Part shown: one piece after another, positions 48,549 through 59,379 of the stretch
How positions within the stretch are numbered: the first letter of the stretch is position 1
Layout of the letters: every line of letters begins with the position of its first letter
DNA from: Patescibacteria group bacterium
Lineage (GTDB): Bacteria; Patescibacteriota; Patescibacteriia; Magasanikbacterales; GWA2-37-8
NCBI GenBank assembly: GCA_041649475.1
Contig: JBAZNA010000001.1
Span: 814,594 to 878,593, forward strand
Direction: 5' to 3'
Length of the DNA stretch: 64,000 nucleotides
Made by a program: the position numbers and the translations under genes
Notes under the pieces: model-generated
The model's database searches: none
Told to the model about the DNA's origin: nothing
Seen by the model: only the letters and a program-made list of their open reading frames with translations

Positions 48549-48908
48549 TTAAAACTTGAAGCTCTCTCCCATCTTTCCAATAACCGGCAATGGTTCCATC
48601 TTGCCATTTATGGCATTGATAATTCCCACCACCAACAGCACAAACAGAGCTAAATCCAGTAGCGAAAGAATCGGCCAAAGCAGATAAGAAATAAACCAAC
48701 CCAGCACCCAAACGATAATCCAGCCGATAAACAGCACCAAACCCTGCTTGACATGAAATTTAACAAACGGATCATTCTTCGCATCCGTCAGTAACGGAAT
48801 GAAGAATAAAATATATGCCACCACGGCCATGCCTGTATTTTTTTGTCCGCTGTGTTTTGGCGCCTCCGGCTGGCTTGGTTGCGCTGACGGCATTTGTTGC
48901 TCGTCCAT
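48549..48908 (-). CDS. small membrane protein (DUF4870-like)
   Basis: Two to three TM helices with a conserved KFHVKQGLVLFI segment. A hairpin plus T-run follows on the minus strand. Confidence 0.45.
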   Translation of the reverse strand: MDEQQMPSAQPSQPEAPKHSGQKNTGMAVVAYILFFIPLLTDAKNDPFVKFHVKQGLVLFIGWIIVWVLGWFISYLLWPILSLLDLALFVLLVVGIINAINGKMEPLPVIGKMGESFKF

Positions 48909-48970
48909 AATTTAAAATTAAATGAATAAAGACGGCCGCTTAGGCCGCCTTTAATATAGCACAGCTAAAT

Positions 48971-50575
48971 TTATTTGACCAGCGCCGGTTGCGTTTCTAC
49001 TCCGCCTTTCATCATTGGTACAATGCCGCCGCCACTACTGTTTCCCCAATCAAGAACATCTTTGATCACCGGTACAATTACGCTGTTTTGATAATAATAC
49101 GTGCCGGTTGGTTTACTGGTAATCGGGAATATATATGAAGGGATAAGAAGCTGTTGATTTTGATTGTCCCTATAAAACCACATCTGCACCAGTCCCAGAG
49201 TTGGCGTGCCCAGATCTATTTCCTGGGATTCGCCAGTTCCGCCATACCAATAATAGTTCTGCCTGAATCCGCCGTTTTCCGCCAATTTTATTATACGCGC
49301 GCTGTCTTGTTCAGTACCGTAAGATGAGGCCTGATAATTTTGACTCATTAAATTATAAACGCCGGTAGCTTTCATTTGCCTGATATCAACATTCACCGTC
49401 AAGCCGGATTTATTTCCGGATTCGTCATAGATTTCTTTGCCATTTATAACCAAAGGGTAAATCACAGATAATTGTTCGGGAATATAATAATTCGCTTTGT
49501 CCGGCGCGGCATCATAATAAATTCTCCAATCATTCTGGACAAAGGGTTGGCCATAATTGGTTAAAGAAATGCCATAATTACGCAGGAAACTATCCGCTAC
49601 ATCAATTATTTTTGAATCGGACGGCACGTCGCCGATCTTTATCGGCTGATACGGCATTGGCGGCTGGACGCAACCGATAGCCATACAGCTAACAGTATCA
49701 CTGCCGGTTGAACCGCTGGCTCCAATCCATTTCTGATAATTCTGGTTGATACTCACACTGCCGTCATCAAAATTCACATAAACCTGGTAGCCGTTATCGC
49801 GATTTTCCGTAAAACTGATATTTTGTAATTTAGTATTGCTGAATTTTGTCCAATCAATAAAATTTAAACCGGTGTTAGTCATGACCGAACTCAAAGCCAA
49901 AGCGCCGCCGTCAGTAACGCGTTTCAAAACATCCAAATTATTTGAGAGATGCGGCAGATCTCCGCCTTTATATACAAATTTATAATTTGTCGGCCGAATT
50001 GGCATCGCTGACACCGAACCACCGCCACCCATTCCTATTGCTCCTGACCTGCCAACATCCGAGGTCGCGCTTGGCGCAGCTGGAGTTGTTAAAGACAGTG
50101 ATTTACTTGCGCCCAGGTCGTTTGCGCTGCCAATTGTTGCACTGCCAACTGCCTGCTCGCTAGCCGCAGTATTGCTCTGCCCGGTGCTTTGCCCGGCGAC
50201 CAATGATCCAAAAGCATTATCAGTTAATTTTTTGATATTCACATTCGCATTATGCTTGGACAAAAATGGCAGTCCCATACTAGCGCCTTTATAATATAAT
50301 GTCGGCAAAATAATCAAAGCCAAAACAGCTAACCCGCCCAAAGCATAAGCAAATCTGGGCACTGTAAACCAGCTAGTGCTTTTTTTAGCAGGCATGGCCG
50401 CAATCTTTTGCATGATCCTGGCCCGCAACTGTTGTTTAAAATTTTCATCAAACTTTGTATCCGGCTTGGCCGCGAGCAGTTCATTTATGATTTTTACAAT
50501 CTCACCTTCTTGACTCTTCAAACTTGAATCAAGCTGATACAAGTCCGCGAGTATTTTTTGTATTTCCGGGTTCAT
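48971..50575 (-). CDS. putative anti-sigma factor with large extracytoplasmic domain
   Basis: N-terminal cytoplasmic helix, one TM (ALGGLAVLALIILPTLYY) and a ~430-aa external domain. 4-nt overlap with the upstream ECF sigma factor gene. Confidence 0.45.
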   Translation of the reverse strand: MNPEIQKILADLYQLDSSLKSQEGEIVKIINELLAAKPDTKFDENFKQQLRARIMQKIAAMPAKKSTSWFTVPRFAYALGGLAVLALIILPTLYYKGASMGLPFLSKHNANVNIKKLTDNAFGSLVAGQSTGQSNTAASEQAVGSATIGSANDLGASKSLSLTTPAAPSATSDVGRSGAIGMGGGGSVSAMPIRPTNYKFVYKGGDLPHLSNNLDVLKRVTDGGALALSSVMTNTGLNFIDWTKFSNTKLQNISFTENRDNGYQVYVNFDDGSVSINQNYQKWIGASGSTGSDTVSCMAIGCVQPPMPYQPIKIGDVPSDSKIIDVADSFLRNYGISLTNYGQPFVQNDWRIYYDAAPDKANYYIPEQLSVIYPLVINGKEIYDESGNKSGLTVNVDIRQMKATGVYNLMSQNYQASSYGTEQDSARIIKLAENGGFRQNYYWYGGTGESQEIDLGTPTLGLVQMWFYRDNQNQQLLIPSYIFPITSKPTGTYYYQNSVIVPVIKDVLDWGNSSGGGIVPMMKGGVETQPALVK

Positions 50576-51102
50576 ATGCTTTTAATTAAAAATAGTATAA
50601 ATAAAGTCAAAGGCATTTCCTGTTTTAATTTTGACAGTGTCCGCGAAAACATCATCCGGCAACTTTCCTGTGATTTTCCCAAAACTTCCGCAATCTCCTC
50701 ATATGACATTTCCTGCCACACCCGCATAACAATTATTTCCCTCTGCTCCGATGACAATTTTGACAGATAGTTTTTTACTTTTTGCAAATTTTCTTTGCGA
50801 TCAAAATCACCCAAAACATCATTCTCTTGCGACAGATCAAAAACATCTTCTATATTTGCTTCAACCTTATGCGTCCGATAATAATCAATCACTGTGTTGC
50901 GCGCTATTTTATAAAGCCAAGCTGAAAATGTTCCTTTATCCGGATTAAAATTCACAAAATTTTCAGCCGCTTTTAAAAAGGTCTGGCTGGCCAAATCTTC
51001 GGCGGTCTCTTTATGATAGGTTTTAAAATAAATAAAATCATAAATCTTGCGGATATGCTTATCATATAGAGCGCCAAACTGTTTTTGTTCTGCTGGGGTC
51101 AT
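50572..51102 (-). CDS. ECF-type RNA polymerase sigma-70 factor
   Basis: Region 2 (FNPDKGTFSAWLYKIARNTVIDYYR) and region 4 HTH (SYEEIAEVLGKSQESCRMMFSRTLSKLK). Confidence 0.8.
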   Translation of the reverse strand: MTPAEQKQFGALYDKHIRKIYDFIYFKTYHKETAEDLASQTFLKAAENFVNFNPDKGTFSAWLYKIARNTVIDYYRTHKVEANIEDVFDLSQENDVLGDFDRKENLQKVKNYLSKLSSEQREIIVMRVWQEMSYEEIAEVLGKSQESCRMMFSRTLSKLKQEMPLTLFILFLIKSI

Positions 51103-51257
51103 ACTAAGTAAAACGAAAAATTATATAATATGTAACCGGCTAGCCGTAATCTACCACAAATTAGGGAAAAATTAAACTCTTTTTTAACCCTTTTTGCTCT
51201 TGCCTACACTTAAATTATGTGCTAAAATATTGGTATTAAAATTAGTAATTCCTCCAT

Positions 51258-51872
51258 ATGCACATCAGTTGGTTTGGCCAAACATGCGTAAAACTGCAGA
51301 CAAAAAACTCCGACACCGACGTAACCATTTTAATTGACGCCTACAGACCCAAACACGGCGAATTCCCGCGAAGTTTTTCTCCGGATGTGGCCCTATATTC
51401 CAATGGCGACAAAGACGCGGCCACCCTTTCTCAAAACCCGTTTGTGGTTGATTCACTGGGTGAATTTGAGGTAAAAGGCGCAATGATCTACGCAATGCCG
51501 GGCACTTCCGGCAACATCATCTATAAAGTAAACGCCGAAAATTTAACATTGGTGCATTTAGGGCGTATAAATAAACCCTTAGAAAACGGCGACTTGGAAA
51601 AAATTCTTAGTCCGGATATTTTGGTAATTCCGGTGGGCGGGGCGCCCGGATACCTTGATCCGAAAGCCGCCGCCGCACTGGCCACCGAGCTTGAGCCGCG
51701 CATTATTATTCCCATCGGCTATAAATGCGACACCGATCCGGACGCCAAACCGATTTCGTCGTTTATCACCGAGATGGGACTAAAGCCGGAAGCAACCGAG
51801 AAAAAGGTAATCATAAAAAAGAAAGACCTGCCGCAGGACGAAACAAAATTAATCGTACTGGAAAAAGAATAA
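51258..51872 (+). CDS. metal-dependent hydrolase, beta-lactamase-fold-like (COG2220-type), tentative
   Basis: Overall pattern (ISWFGQTCVKL...ILIDAY...VIPVGG...IIIPIGY) resembles UlaG-like hydrolases, but the canonical HxHxDH motif is not evident. Confidence 0.4.
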   Translation: MHISWFGQTCVKLQTKNSDTDVTILIDAYRPKHGEFPRSFSPDVALYSNGDKDAATLSQNPFVVDSLGEFEVKGAMIYAMPGTSGNIIYKVNAENLTLVHLGRINKPLENGDLEKILSPDILVIPVGGAPGYLDPKAAAALATELEPRIIIPIGYKCDTDPDAKPISSFITEMGLKPEATEKKVIIKKKDLPQDETKLIVLEKE

Positions 51873-51887
51873 TCATTCACGACCAAT

Positions 51888-52193
51888 ATGCCAGATAAAA
51901 AAGTACAACCTGAAATTTGGCTATGGACCGGAGTGATAATATTCGCGATTATAATTGTGGGCTTATGGGGCTGGGCAATCAAAATAAAATTCAGTTCCAT
52001 AAACTGGGCGCAAACTCCGGAAGCGCAAATGGTGGGCACCCAGCAAAAAGATTGGAATCAAATTTTTGCCGACGAAAAAGATAAAATAATCCTTGAAGAC
52101 GCAAAAAATAAATTAAAAACAATAATTAACGACGTGATTTCATCCGCGTCAAGCACGCCAACCACTACCGTTAACACAAGCACAAAACAATAA
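51888..52193 (+). CDS. small membrane protein, unknown function
   Basis: One TM (IWLWTGVIIFAIIIVGLWGWAI). 5 nt upstream of gyrA. Confidence 0.4.
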   Translation: MPDKKVQPEIWLWTGVIIFAIIIVGLWGWAIKIKFSSINWAQTPEAQMVGTQQKDWNQIFADEKDKIILEDAKNKLKTIINDVISSASSTPTTTVNTSTKQ

Positions 52194-52198
52194 CCAAT

Positions 52199-54673
52199 AT
52201 GCCAGAAAAACAAGACAAAATAAATTTTCCCAAAGACAGCGTGGGGATAATCACGCCGGCGCCGATTGTTGAAGAAATGCAAAAATCATATTTGGAATAC
52301 GCGATGAGCGTTATTGTTCAACGCGCCCTCCCCGATGTTCGCGACGGCTTAAAGCCGGTGCACAGACGCATCCTCTACGCAATGTGGAACATGGGTTTAC
52401 GGCACAATGCCAAATTCCGCAAATCAGCGCATGTGGTCGGCGAGGTTATGGCCAAGTTTCATCCGCACGGCGACTCTTCCATATATGATTCCATGGTGCG
52501 CATGGCCCAGGATTTTGCCATGAGGCATCAATTAGTACACGGTCAGGGCAACTTCGGCTCAATGGACGGGGACTCGGCCGCGGCTTACCGGTATACAGAA
52601 GCCAAATTAACCGCCTTGGCCGAAGAAATGCTGTTTGATATTGAAAAAGACACAGTAAACTTCATGCCGAACTATGATGGTTCTCATCAAGAACCCATGG
52701 TTCTGCCCACTAAAGTACCCAATCTGCTTTTAAACGGCACGGTGGGTATTGCCGTCGGCATGGCCACAACCATCCCGCCGCATAATTTAGGCGAACTCTG
52801 CGATGGTATTGTTAAACTCATTGAAAAACCGGACACCAACATTGAAGAACTGACGGAAATTATCAAAGGTCCGGACTTCCCCACCGGCGGCATTATCTAT
52901 AATAAAAAAGACATTCTTAATGCCTATTCAACCGGCCGGGGCGGCATTGTTGTACGCGCCAAAGCCGACATCCACGAAACCAAATCAGGCCAATTTCAAA
53001 TCATTGTCACTGAAATTCCATACAACATAAACAAATCAACGCTATTGGAAAAAATTGCGGAACTGGTGACAGAAAAAAAACTGGAAGGCATTCGCGACTT
53101 GCGCGACGAATCCAACAAAGACGGGGTCAGAATGGTTATTGATCTTAAAAAGGATTCTTATCCGAAAAAGGTCTTAAACAAACTGTTCCAGATAACCGAA
53201 CTCCAGACCACTTTCAACTTCAACATGCTGGCCTTGGTAGACGGCATCCAGCCGCGGGTGTTAAACCTCAAAACCATTCTTGAAGAATTTATAAAACACC
53301 GGCAGGAGGTTGTAAAAAGACGCACTGCCTTTGATTTGGCAAAAACCAAAGACCGCGCCCATATTTTGGAGGGATTAAAAATCGCTTTAGACAAAATTGA
53401 TTTGGTTATAAAAACCATCCGGGCTTCAAAAGACAAAGAAGCGGCCAAGGTCAACCTGATGTCTAAATTTAAATTTACCGATCGTCAGGCCACGGCCATT
53501 TTAGAAATGAAACTTCAACAGCTGGCCAATTTGGAAAGACAGAAAATTGAAGACGAATTAAAAGAAAAGAAAACGCTTATAAAAGAACTGGAAACAATTC
53601 TGGCCTCCAAAGCCAAGATGTTGAAGATAATTGAAAAAGAAACCTTGGAAATAAAAGAAAAATACGATAATGCCAGACGCACCCAAATTGTTGCCCATGG
53701 CGTTAAAGAATTTACCACTGAAGATTTAGTGCCCAATGAACCGACTATAATAATGATCACCACCGACGGTTATATCAAGCGATTGCCTCCGGATACTTTC
53801 AAACAGCAATCCCGCGGCGGCAAGGGCGTGATTGGCGTAACCACCAAAGAAGAAGACAGTGTGGAACAACTCCAGGCCACCAACACTCATGACAATATCC
53901 TATTTTTCACCAGTCGCGGCCGCGTGTTCCAGCTAATGGCTTATGATATTCCGCAAGGCAGCCGCACGGCCAAAGGACAGGCCCTGGTCAACTTCCTGCA
54001 GTTGGCGCCAAATGAAAAAGTGACGGCGCTTCTCGCCACCAGCGACCTGACCAAGATCAAGCATTTGGTCATGGTTACCAGGCATGGTTTGATTAAAAAA
54101 ACCGCGCTTGAGGACTTTAGCAATGTCCGCAGAAGCGGTCTAATCGCCATCAAATTGAAAAATAACGATACCCTGGAATGGGTCAAACCATCGGATGGCA
54201 CTAATGAAATTTTAATTGCCACCCAAAAGGGCCAGGCCATCAGATTTAAGGAAAAAGACGTGCGGGAAATGGGCCGGGCCGCCTCCGGCGTACGCGGTAT
54301 GCGCTTGCATCAAAGCGACGAAGTGATTTGTATGGATGTGATTGAACCGAAAAACACCAGCTTAGAACTTCTAACCGTGGGCGAAAACGGAATTGGCAAA
54401 CGCACCCCAATCCTGGAGTATCGCATTCAGGGCCGCGGTGGTAGTGGCGTTAAGACCGCCAACATCACCGATAAAACCGGTCTCCTGATTCATGCCAAAG
54501 TCGTAGACAAAGTTGATGCCGCCGAACATGATCTGATTATTATGTCCGCTAAAGGCCAGGTTATCAGATTGCCGTTTAAATCGGTCTCCGTCTCGGGTCG
54601 CGCCACCCAGGGCGTCCGTCTGATGCGCTTCAAAGAACCGGGAGATAAGGTGGCAAGCGTGACCTTGCTTTAA
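52199..54673 (+). CDS. gyrA: DNA gyrase subunit A
   Basis: [28 protein letters not shown] with catalytic-Tyr region and GyrA-box [12 protein letters not shown] in the C-terminal beta-pinwheel. Confidence 0.9.
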   Translation: MPEKQDKINFPKDSVGIITPAPIVEEMQKSYLEYAMSVIVQRALPDVRDGLKPVHRRILYAMWNMGLRHNAKFRKSAHVVGEVMAKFHPHGDSSIYDSMVRMAQDFAMRHQLVHGQGNFGSMDGDSAAAYRYTEAKLTALAEEMLFDIEKDTVNFMPNYDGSHQEPMVLPTKVPNLLLNGTVGIAVGMATTIPPHNLGELCDGIVKLIEKPDTNIEELTEIIKGPDFPTGGIIYNKKDILNAYSTGRGGIVVRAKADIHETKSGQFQIIVTEIPYNINKSTLLEKIAELVTEKKLEGIRDLRDESNKDGVRMVIDLKKDSYPKKVLNKLFQITELQTTFNFNMLALVDGIQPRVLNLKTILEEFIKHRQEVVKRRTAFDLAKTKDRAHILEGLKIALDKIDLVIKTIRASKDKEAAKVNLMSKFKFTDRQATAILEMKLQQLANLERQKIEDELKEKKTLIKELETILASKAKMLKIIEKETLEIKEKYDNARRTQIVAHGVKEFTTEDLVPNEPTIIMITTDGYIKRLPPDTFKQQSRGGKGVIGVTTKEEDSVEQLQATNTHDNILFFTSRGRVFQLMAYDIPQGSRTAKGQALVNFLQLAPNEKVTALLATSDLTKIKHLVMVTRHGLIKKTALEDFSNVRRSGLIAIKLKNNDTLEWVKPSDGTNEILIATQKGQAIRFKEKDVREMGRAASGVRGMRLHQSDEVICMDVIEPKNTSLELLTVGENGIGKRTPILEYRIQGRGGSGVKTANITDKTGLLIHAKVVDKVDAAEHDLIIMSAKGQVIRLPFKSVSVSGRATQGVRLMRFKEPGDKVASVTLL

Positions 54674-54702
54674 AAAAATCAAAGGGTATACTATCTTATA
54701 GC

Positions 54703-56199
54703 ATGCCTTATAGATCTAAAATTCCCCAAAATCCCACTTTAGATGACTTAATGGAAACAATTAAGCAGTTTTATCGTAAAGAAGATTTGGAAATTGTCCG
54801 GCGCGCTTATGATTTTGCCGAAAGAGCGCATGCCGGCCAATTTAGAAAATCAGGCGAGCCCTACATCGTCCACCCGCTTTCAGCCGCCCTCCTTCTAACC
54901 GCAATGAGAATTGACGCGAATATTATCGCGGCCGCGCTTTTGCATGATGTTCCCGAAGATACCTCTGTCACGCTTGAAGAAATAGAAAAAAATTTCGGAC
55001 ACGACATTACCTCAATGGTAAAAGGCATTACCAAATTGGGAAAATTAAAATATCGCGGCGTGGAACGGTATATTGAAAACTTGCGCAAAATGTTCGTGGC
55101 CATGGCCGAAGATATCAGGGTTATGATTATCAAATTCGCCGACCGGGTAACCAATTTGGCCACCTTGGATGCCCTGCCGCCAAAAAAACGCTATCGCATC
55201 GCCTTGGAAAGTTTAGAAATTTACGCGCCCATCGCCAATCGCTTGGGAATCGGCGAATTTAAAAGCTTACTGGAAGACCTGTCGTTTCCGTATGTTTATC
55301 CCAAAGAATTTGAAAAAACAAAAGCCCTTAGAGACGGTTTGATTTCCGAACAGGAAACGTACTTGGAAAATGTAATGGATATAATGAGAAAAGAGTTAAA
55401 AAATTCCGGCATCAAACTGTCCGACGTGCACGGCCGAGAAAAAACTTTATATAGTTTATACCAAAAAATAATGGCCAAAGGCGGCTGGGAACAGATAGAT
55501 AAAGTACATGATGTGGTGGCAATAAGAATAATCGTTGCCGACGTCGGCGATTGTTACGCAACGCTTGGCATCATTCACAAACTCTGGCGGCCGCTAAAAG
55601 GCAGGATTAAAGATTACATCTCACAACCAAAGCCGAACGGCTATAAATCTCTGCACACAACCGTGTTTTGCGTTGATGGCAGAATCGTTGAGTTTCAAAT
55701 CCGCGATACCACCATGCATGAAGAAGCGGAGTATGGCATCGCGGCTCATTGGCATTACGACGAGAACCGCTCCCATTCCCAGGCCAAAGATATTTTCTGG
55801 GCCCAGGAATTGGCCGGCATCCAAAAAAATATTCTGGAAAAAATGTCGGATATTGATGAATTAAAACTGGATTTCTTTAAAAACCGGATTTTTGTCTTCA
55901 CTCCCCAAGGCGATGTTATTGACCTGCCCGAAGACGCCACGCCGATTGATTTTGCCTATCATATCCATACTGACATCGGCAATAAATGCAACGGCGCCAA
56001 GGTGAATGACCAGTTGGTAAGTTTGGACACGTCACTTAAAAGCGGCGACGTTGTGGAAATTGTTATGGATAAAAATCGCAAAGGGCCAAGCCAGGACTGG
56101 CTCAAAACCGTAAAGACGCACCTGGCCAAATCCAGAATAAAAGCCAGTTTAAAGGGTGAAAAAGCGGGCTGGCTGAAAATCATCCTGCCGGGAAAATAA
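54703..56199 (+). CDS. rel: RelA/SpoT-homolog (p)ppGpp synthetase/hydrolase, short form without ACT domain
   Basis: HD hydrolase motif (HDVPEDT), synthetase motif (RIKDYISQPKPNGYKSLHTTV), TGS domain at the C-terminus. Confidence 0.85.
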   Translation: MPYRSKIPQNPTLDDLMETIKQFYRKEDLEIVRRAYDFAERAHAGQFRKSGEPYIVHPLSAALLLTAMRIDANIIAAALLHDVPEDTSVTLEEIEKNFGHDITSMVKGITKLGKLKYRGVERYIENLRKMFVAMAEDIRVMIIKFADRVTNLATLDALPPKKRYRIALESLEIYAPIANRLGIGEFKSLLEDLSFPYVYPKEFEKTKALRDGLISEQETYLENVMDIMRKELKNSGIKLSDVHGREKTLYSLYQKIMAKGGWEQIDKVHDVVAIRIIVADVGDCYATLGIIHKLWRPLKGRIKDYISQPKPNGYKSLHTTVFCVDGRIVEFQIRDTTMHEEAEYGIAAHWHYDENRSHSQAKDIFWAQELAGIQKNILEKMSDIDELKLDFFKNRIFVFTPQGDVIDLPEDATPIDFAYHIHTDIGNKCNGAKVNDQLVSLDTSLKSGDVVEIVMDKNRKGPSQDWLKTVKTHLAKSRIKASLKGEKAGWLKIILPGK

Positions 56200-56202
56200 A
56201 AA

Positions 56203-56230
56203 ATCCCCCGATCAGTCAGGGGATTTTTTA
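56203..56230. terminator. bidirectional rho-independent terminator
   Basis: AAAAATCCCC-gatcagtca-GGGGATTTTTT between the converging rel (+) and SBBP protein (-) genes. Confidence 0.7.
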
Positions 56231-56231
56231 A

Positions 56232-59200
56232 CTACTGCACTCTACTTGCAATTATCGGTACTTCTACGTCAATCAAATCTCCGGTCGTAAACCCGGTCAA
56301 ATATGACTCTGAAACAACATGGATGAAAGATGTTTTGAACCGGTTAGTAGTCATGCCATTGGCGGTAACCTCACGCAGGACATTTCCGGCATCAACATAC
56401 CAGGTTTTGGTGTCCTTACTGATTAACATGCCCTGGTGGGCAGAACTTGTGGTATCAGTGCCACGATTAATGTAATGTGGCCAGAACGGATCAGAAATAA
56501 TTTTCACTGTATAGTTTTGGCCGTAAAGAGCGGTGGCATCAGTATCAGTGATTTTAGATAAGGTATTGTTAGGCAAAACGACATACAACTGGTCAGCGGA
56601 GGACTTTTTTACCACATATGAGCCGGGGCGGTAATTGACGGCGCCCGGATAGGTTGAAGGCACAGATAAAGCGTCAAAACAAGATTGGCTGATTGATTTG
56701 TAGCCGCCATAGCTGTTGTCAACATTCCAACTCTTGAATTCATCTCCGGAGGGAAAATAGAGAACCTGCAAGTTACTATTTAAGGAATAAATAGCTGCTT
56801 TACCGGTTACTTTTACCATGTCACCAGCAGAAAGAGCCGGACAGCCGGCGAGGGTGGTGACGGTTGTGGTGGTTGTAGTGGAAGTAGTGGGGGAAACAAC
56901 CGGTGTACTTGGCGCTGATACCACAATCGGAGCAGGTGTGGAAATATACCCGCCTCCACCGTTTTGGATGTAAAGGGTAAAAATTGAACTGGCGCTGGTG
57001 CCGCCGCCCGGAGTCGAGCTATACACCGTCACATCATAAGTACCATGGGTGCCAATATCCCCGGCTGTAACCGTAGATGTTAGTTTGGTTGTGGTGACAT
57101 AAGTGGTGGTAAAGCTCACTCCGTTTATCTTGATGGTTGAAGAGACGACAAAACCGGTTCCGTTTACAGTGAGGGTAAAAGGTGAGGTGTCGTCAAACCT
57201 ATATCTGCTCGGAGATAAAGAGGTGATGGCGGGGACGGGGTTGCCGAATTTGGCAATAAACATATCATAGCTTCCGGCATTAGAAGTGCTGTATGCACCC
57301 GCTGTTACCGGCAGATTAGTAGAGTATGTATCCCCCAGCAAATACACTACCCTTTCGGAATTAACATACAATCCCCCATTTCCTTCATTCAATGTCCCGC
57401 CAAAATAGGTTGACCCCTGCAGAGCAGTCAAACCTAAACTCATTTTAGTTAGAAACGAATCAAATCCGCCTGCCCTTGTAACCTGGTAGGCCCCGGTTGT
57501 AGTTGGAAAACCAGTTGATGCTGTAGTGCCGCTTAAATAAACAGTATAGGCATCAACATAAATTTCCGCTGGATCACTCAAACGATCTTCACCGCTCCCT
57601 CCAAGATAAGTAGATGCAAGCGCCTGGGTCAGTCCTATATTAAACTTAGTCACAAACACATCACTATCTCCATTTTGCGTAGTGTCATAAGCTCCGCTTG
57701 TTGTCGCAAAATCAGTTGAGTATGTCCTGCCGGCCACATACAAACTGTCATAAGTCGGGCTTAGTGTCATCGCCCAAATTCTATCATCGTCGCTTCCCCC
57801 TAAAAGCGTTGATGATAACAATGAAGAAAAATCATTATTTAATTTAACTACAAATCCATCGTTATTGCCCGGCCCGACATTGGGAGTTGTATCAAACGCG
57901 TCGGTGGTGGTTGGAAATGATGAATCCGTTGTGTTCCCTGCCAAATATACATTGCCAGAACCATCCAAGGCCAACGCGTTAATCCATTCGTCCCCCGTTG
58001 CTCCTATATAAGTTGATGTAGCGTGCGTTAAGGCATTGTTAAATTTAACCACAAATCCGTCTTCTGCCCCTCCTCCATAATCAACGCCATATGTTCCGGC
58101 CGTAATCGCGATATCATTGGAAGCCGTATACCCGGCTATATAGACATTGCCCGAACTATCAAGTTTTATGTCAGTTACATATTCATTATCTGACCCGCCA
58201 AAATATGTTGACGCTAACAGTGATGTAAGATCATTGTCTAGTTTGCTTACGAAACCTTCACCCAAGCCGTTGGTTGAAGTTTGGTATGCTCCGGTTGTGG
58301 TTGGAAAAGTTGTGTCCGTATCACCGGCTATAAATATATTTCCGGAACCGTCAATACCCAAATTCCACGCTTCATCCCAGCCGTCTGCTCCTAAAATGGT
58401 CATTGCCAACAGAGAGGACAGATCTGAATCCATTTTGATAATCACAATATCCGGCCCTGTGTCTAATTCCGTGTCATAAGCGCCGGTGGTGGTTGGAAAA
58501 TCAGTAGAATATGTATTGCCCAAGATAAACAGATTCCCATCCGCATCCGCTGTCATAGCAAGAGGAGATTCACCGTCAGTACTACCGCCAAAATATGTTG
58601 AAACCAACAGGGTATCCAATTCCGGATCAATCACCAAATTATAATTTTTGTTATATGCACCAACCGTGAATGAGTAACTATTTTTATTAAGTTTGTATTG
58701 GATAGAAACATTTACTCTCGTGCCGTTTATATCCTGATAAGCAATCGGTTTGGTAAAATATATCGGTTTGACACCATGGACATCAGCTTGCAATTGACCA
58801 TCTTTGGTCAGTGATAGTTTATCTGCTCCCTTTATCGTCATTTTAATGTCACTCGGATCTCCGTTGGGATATATGGTATATAGTTTTTCAACATTATTAC
58901 CATGGGCCTTTAACTTGAGTTCAATATTCGGATAAATTTCTCCAAATAAAACAACATTATAAGCGGCGACATTTGTTTGCCATTTTGATTTGTCCGCGCC
59001 GATAAAATAATTAATTTTTGTCTCTGTTTGTTCTTGGCCGGTAATTAAAGGGGTATTTTTAAATTGCGGAATTTCTTTTATGACAGCCCCTTTTTGGTCG
59101 GCTTTATTTTGTTTGAGGGAGTATGTAATTGTGCCATTATCAGTTACAAAAACAGTGCCCATAAAGATATTAGCACTGAATTTGACTGAATCATCCTTAA

Positions 59201-59360
59201 TTTGACCTTGATTTTCTACCCAAGGAATGATGACGTTGGTTATCTTTGTTTGTTGGGCAGCAGAAAAATCAGCTGCTTTAGCCGGCATGGTGCCAAAACA
59301 AAAAATTGCCGTGAGTATAATTAAACCCACCGTTGCTAATTTTATATTTTTTCCGCTCAT
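56232..59360 (-). CDS. secreted SBBP (beta-propeller repeat) surface protein, 1042 aa
   Basis: Signal peptide (LIILTAIFCFGTMPAKA). About 10 SBBP-type repeats (YSTDFPTTTGAYDT...GDSDVFVTKF). Poly-Thr linker TTSTTTTTTVTT and a C-terminal domain. Confidence 0.75.
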   Translation of the reverse strand: MSGKNIKLATVGLIILTAIFCFGTMPAKAADFSAAQQTKITNVIIPWVENQGQIKDDSVKFSANIFMGTVFVTDNGTITYSLKQNKADQKGAVIKEIPQFKNTPLITGQEQTETKINYFIGADKSKWQTNVAAYNVVLFGEIYPNIELKLKAHGNNVEKLYTIYPNGDPSDIKMTIKGADKLSLTKDGQLQADVHGVKPIYFTKPIAYQDINGTRVNVSIQYKLNKNSYSFTVGAYNKNYNLVIDPELDTLLVSTYFGGSTDGESPLAMTADADGNLFILGNTYSTDFPTTTGAYDTELDTGPDIVIIKMDSDLSSLLAMTILGADGWDEAWNLGIDGSGNIFIAGDTDTTFPTTTGAYQTSTNGLGEGFVSKLDNDLTSLLASTYFGGSDNEYVTDIKLDSSGNVYIAGYTASNDIAITAGTYGVDYGGGAEDGFVVKFNNALTHATSTYIGATGDEWINALALDGSGNVYLAGNTTDSSFPTTTDAFDTTPNVGPGNNDGFVVKLNNDFSSLLSSTLLGGSDDDRIWAMTLSPTYDSLYVAGRTYSTDFATTSGAYDTTQNGDSDVFVTKFNIGLTQALASTYLGGSGEDRLSDPAEIYVDAYTVYLSGTTASTGFPTTTGAYQVTRAGGFDSFLTKMSLGLTALQGSTYFGGTLNEGNGGLYVNSERVVYLLGDTYSTNLPVTAGAYSTSNAGSYDMFIAKFGNPVPAITSLSPSRYRFDDTSPFTLTVNGTGFVVSSTIKINGVSFTTTYVTTTKLTSTVTAGDIGTHGTYDVTVYSSTPGGGTSASSIFTLYIQNGGGGYISTPAPIVVSAPSTPVVSPTTSTTTTTTVTTLAGCPALSAGDMVKVTGKAAIYSLNSNLQVLYFPSGDEFKSWNVDNSYGGYKSISQSCFDALSVPSTYPGAVNYRPGSYVVKKSSADQLYVVLPNNTLSKITDTDATALYGQNYTVKIISDPFWPHYINRGTDTTSSAHQGMLISKDTKTWYVDAGNVLREVTANGMTTNRFKTSFIHVVSESYLTGFTTGDLIDVEVPIIASRVQ

Positions 59361-59379
59361 ATGATTGATGAATTAAAAT

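Noticed and set aside
51103-51257. Possible replication origin at the strand-switch between the ECF sigma gene (-) and the MBL/gyrA genes (+), with parAB nearby
   Set aside because: The AT-rich 155-nt spacer contains no recognisable DnaA boxes (TTATCCACA-like). dnaA, dnaN and gyrB are not present. parAB and the SBBP gene beyond are again on the minus strand, so the gene-orientation signal is not clean.
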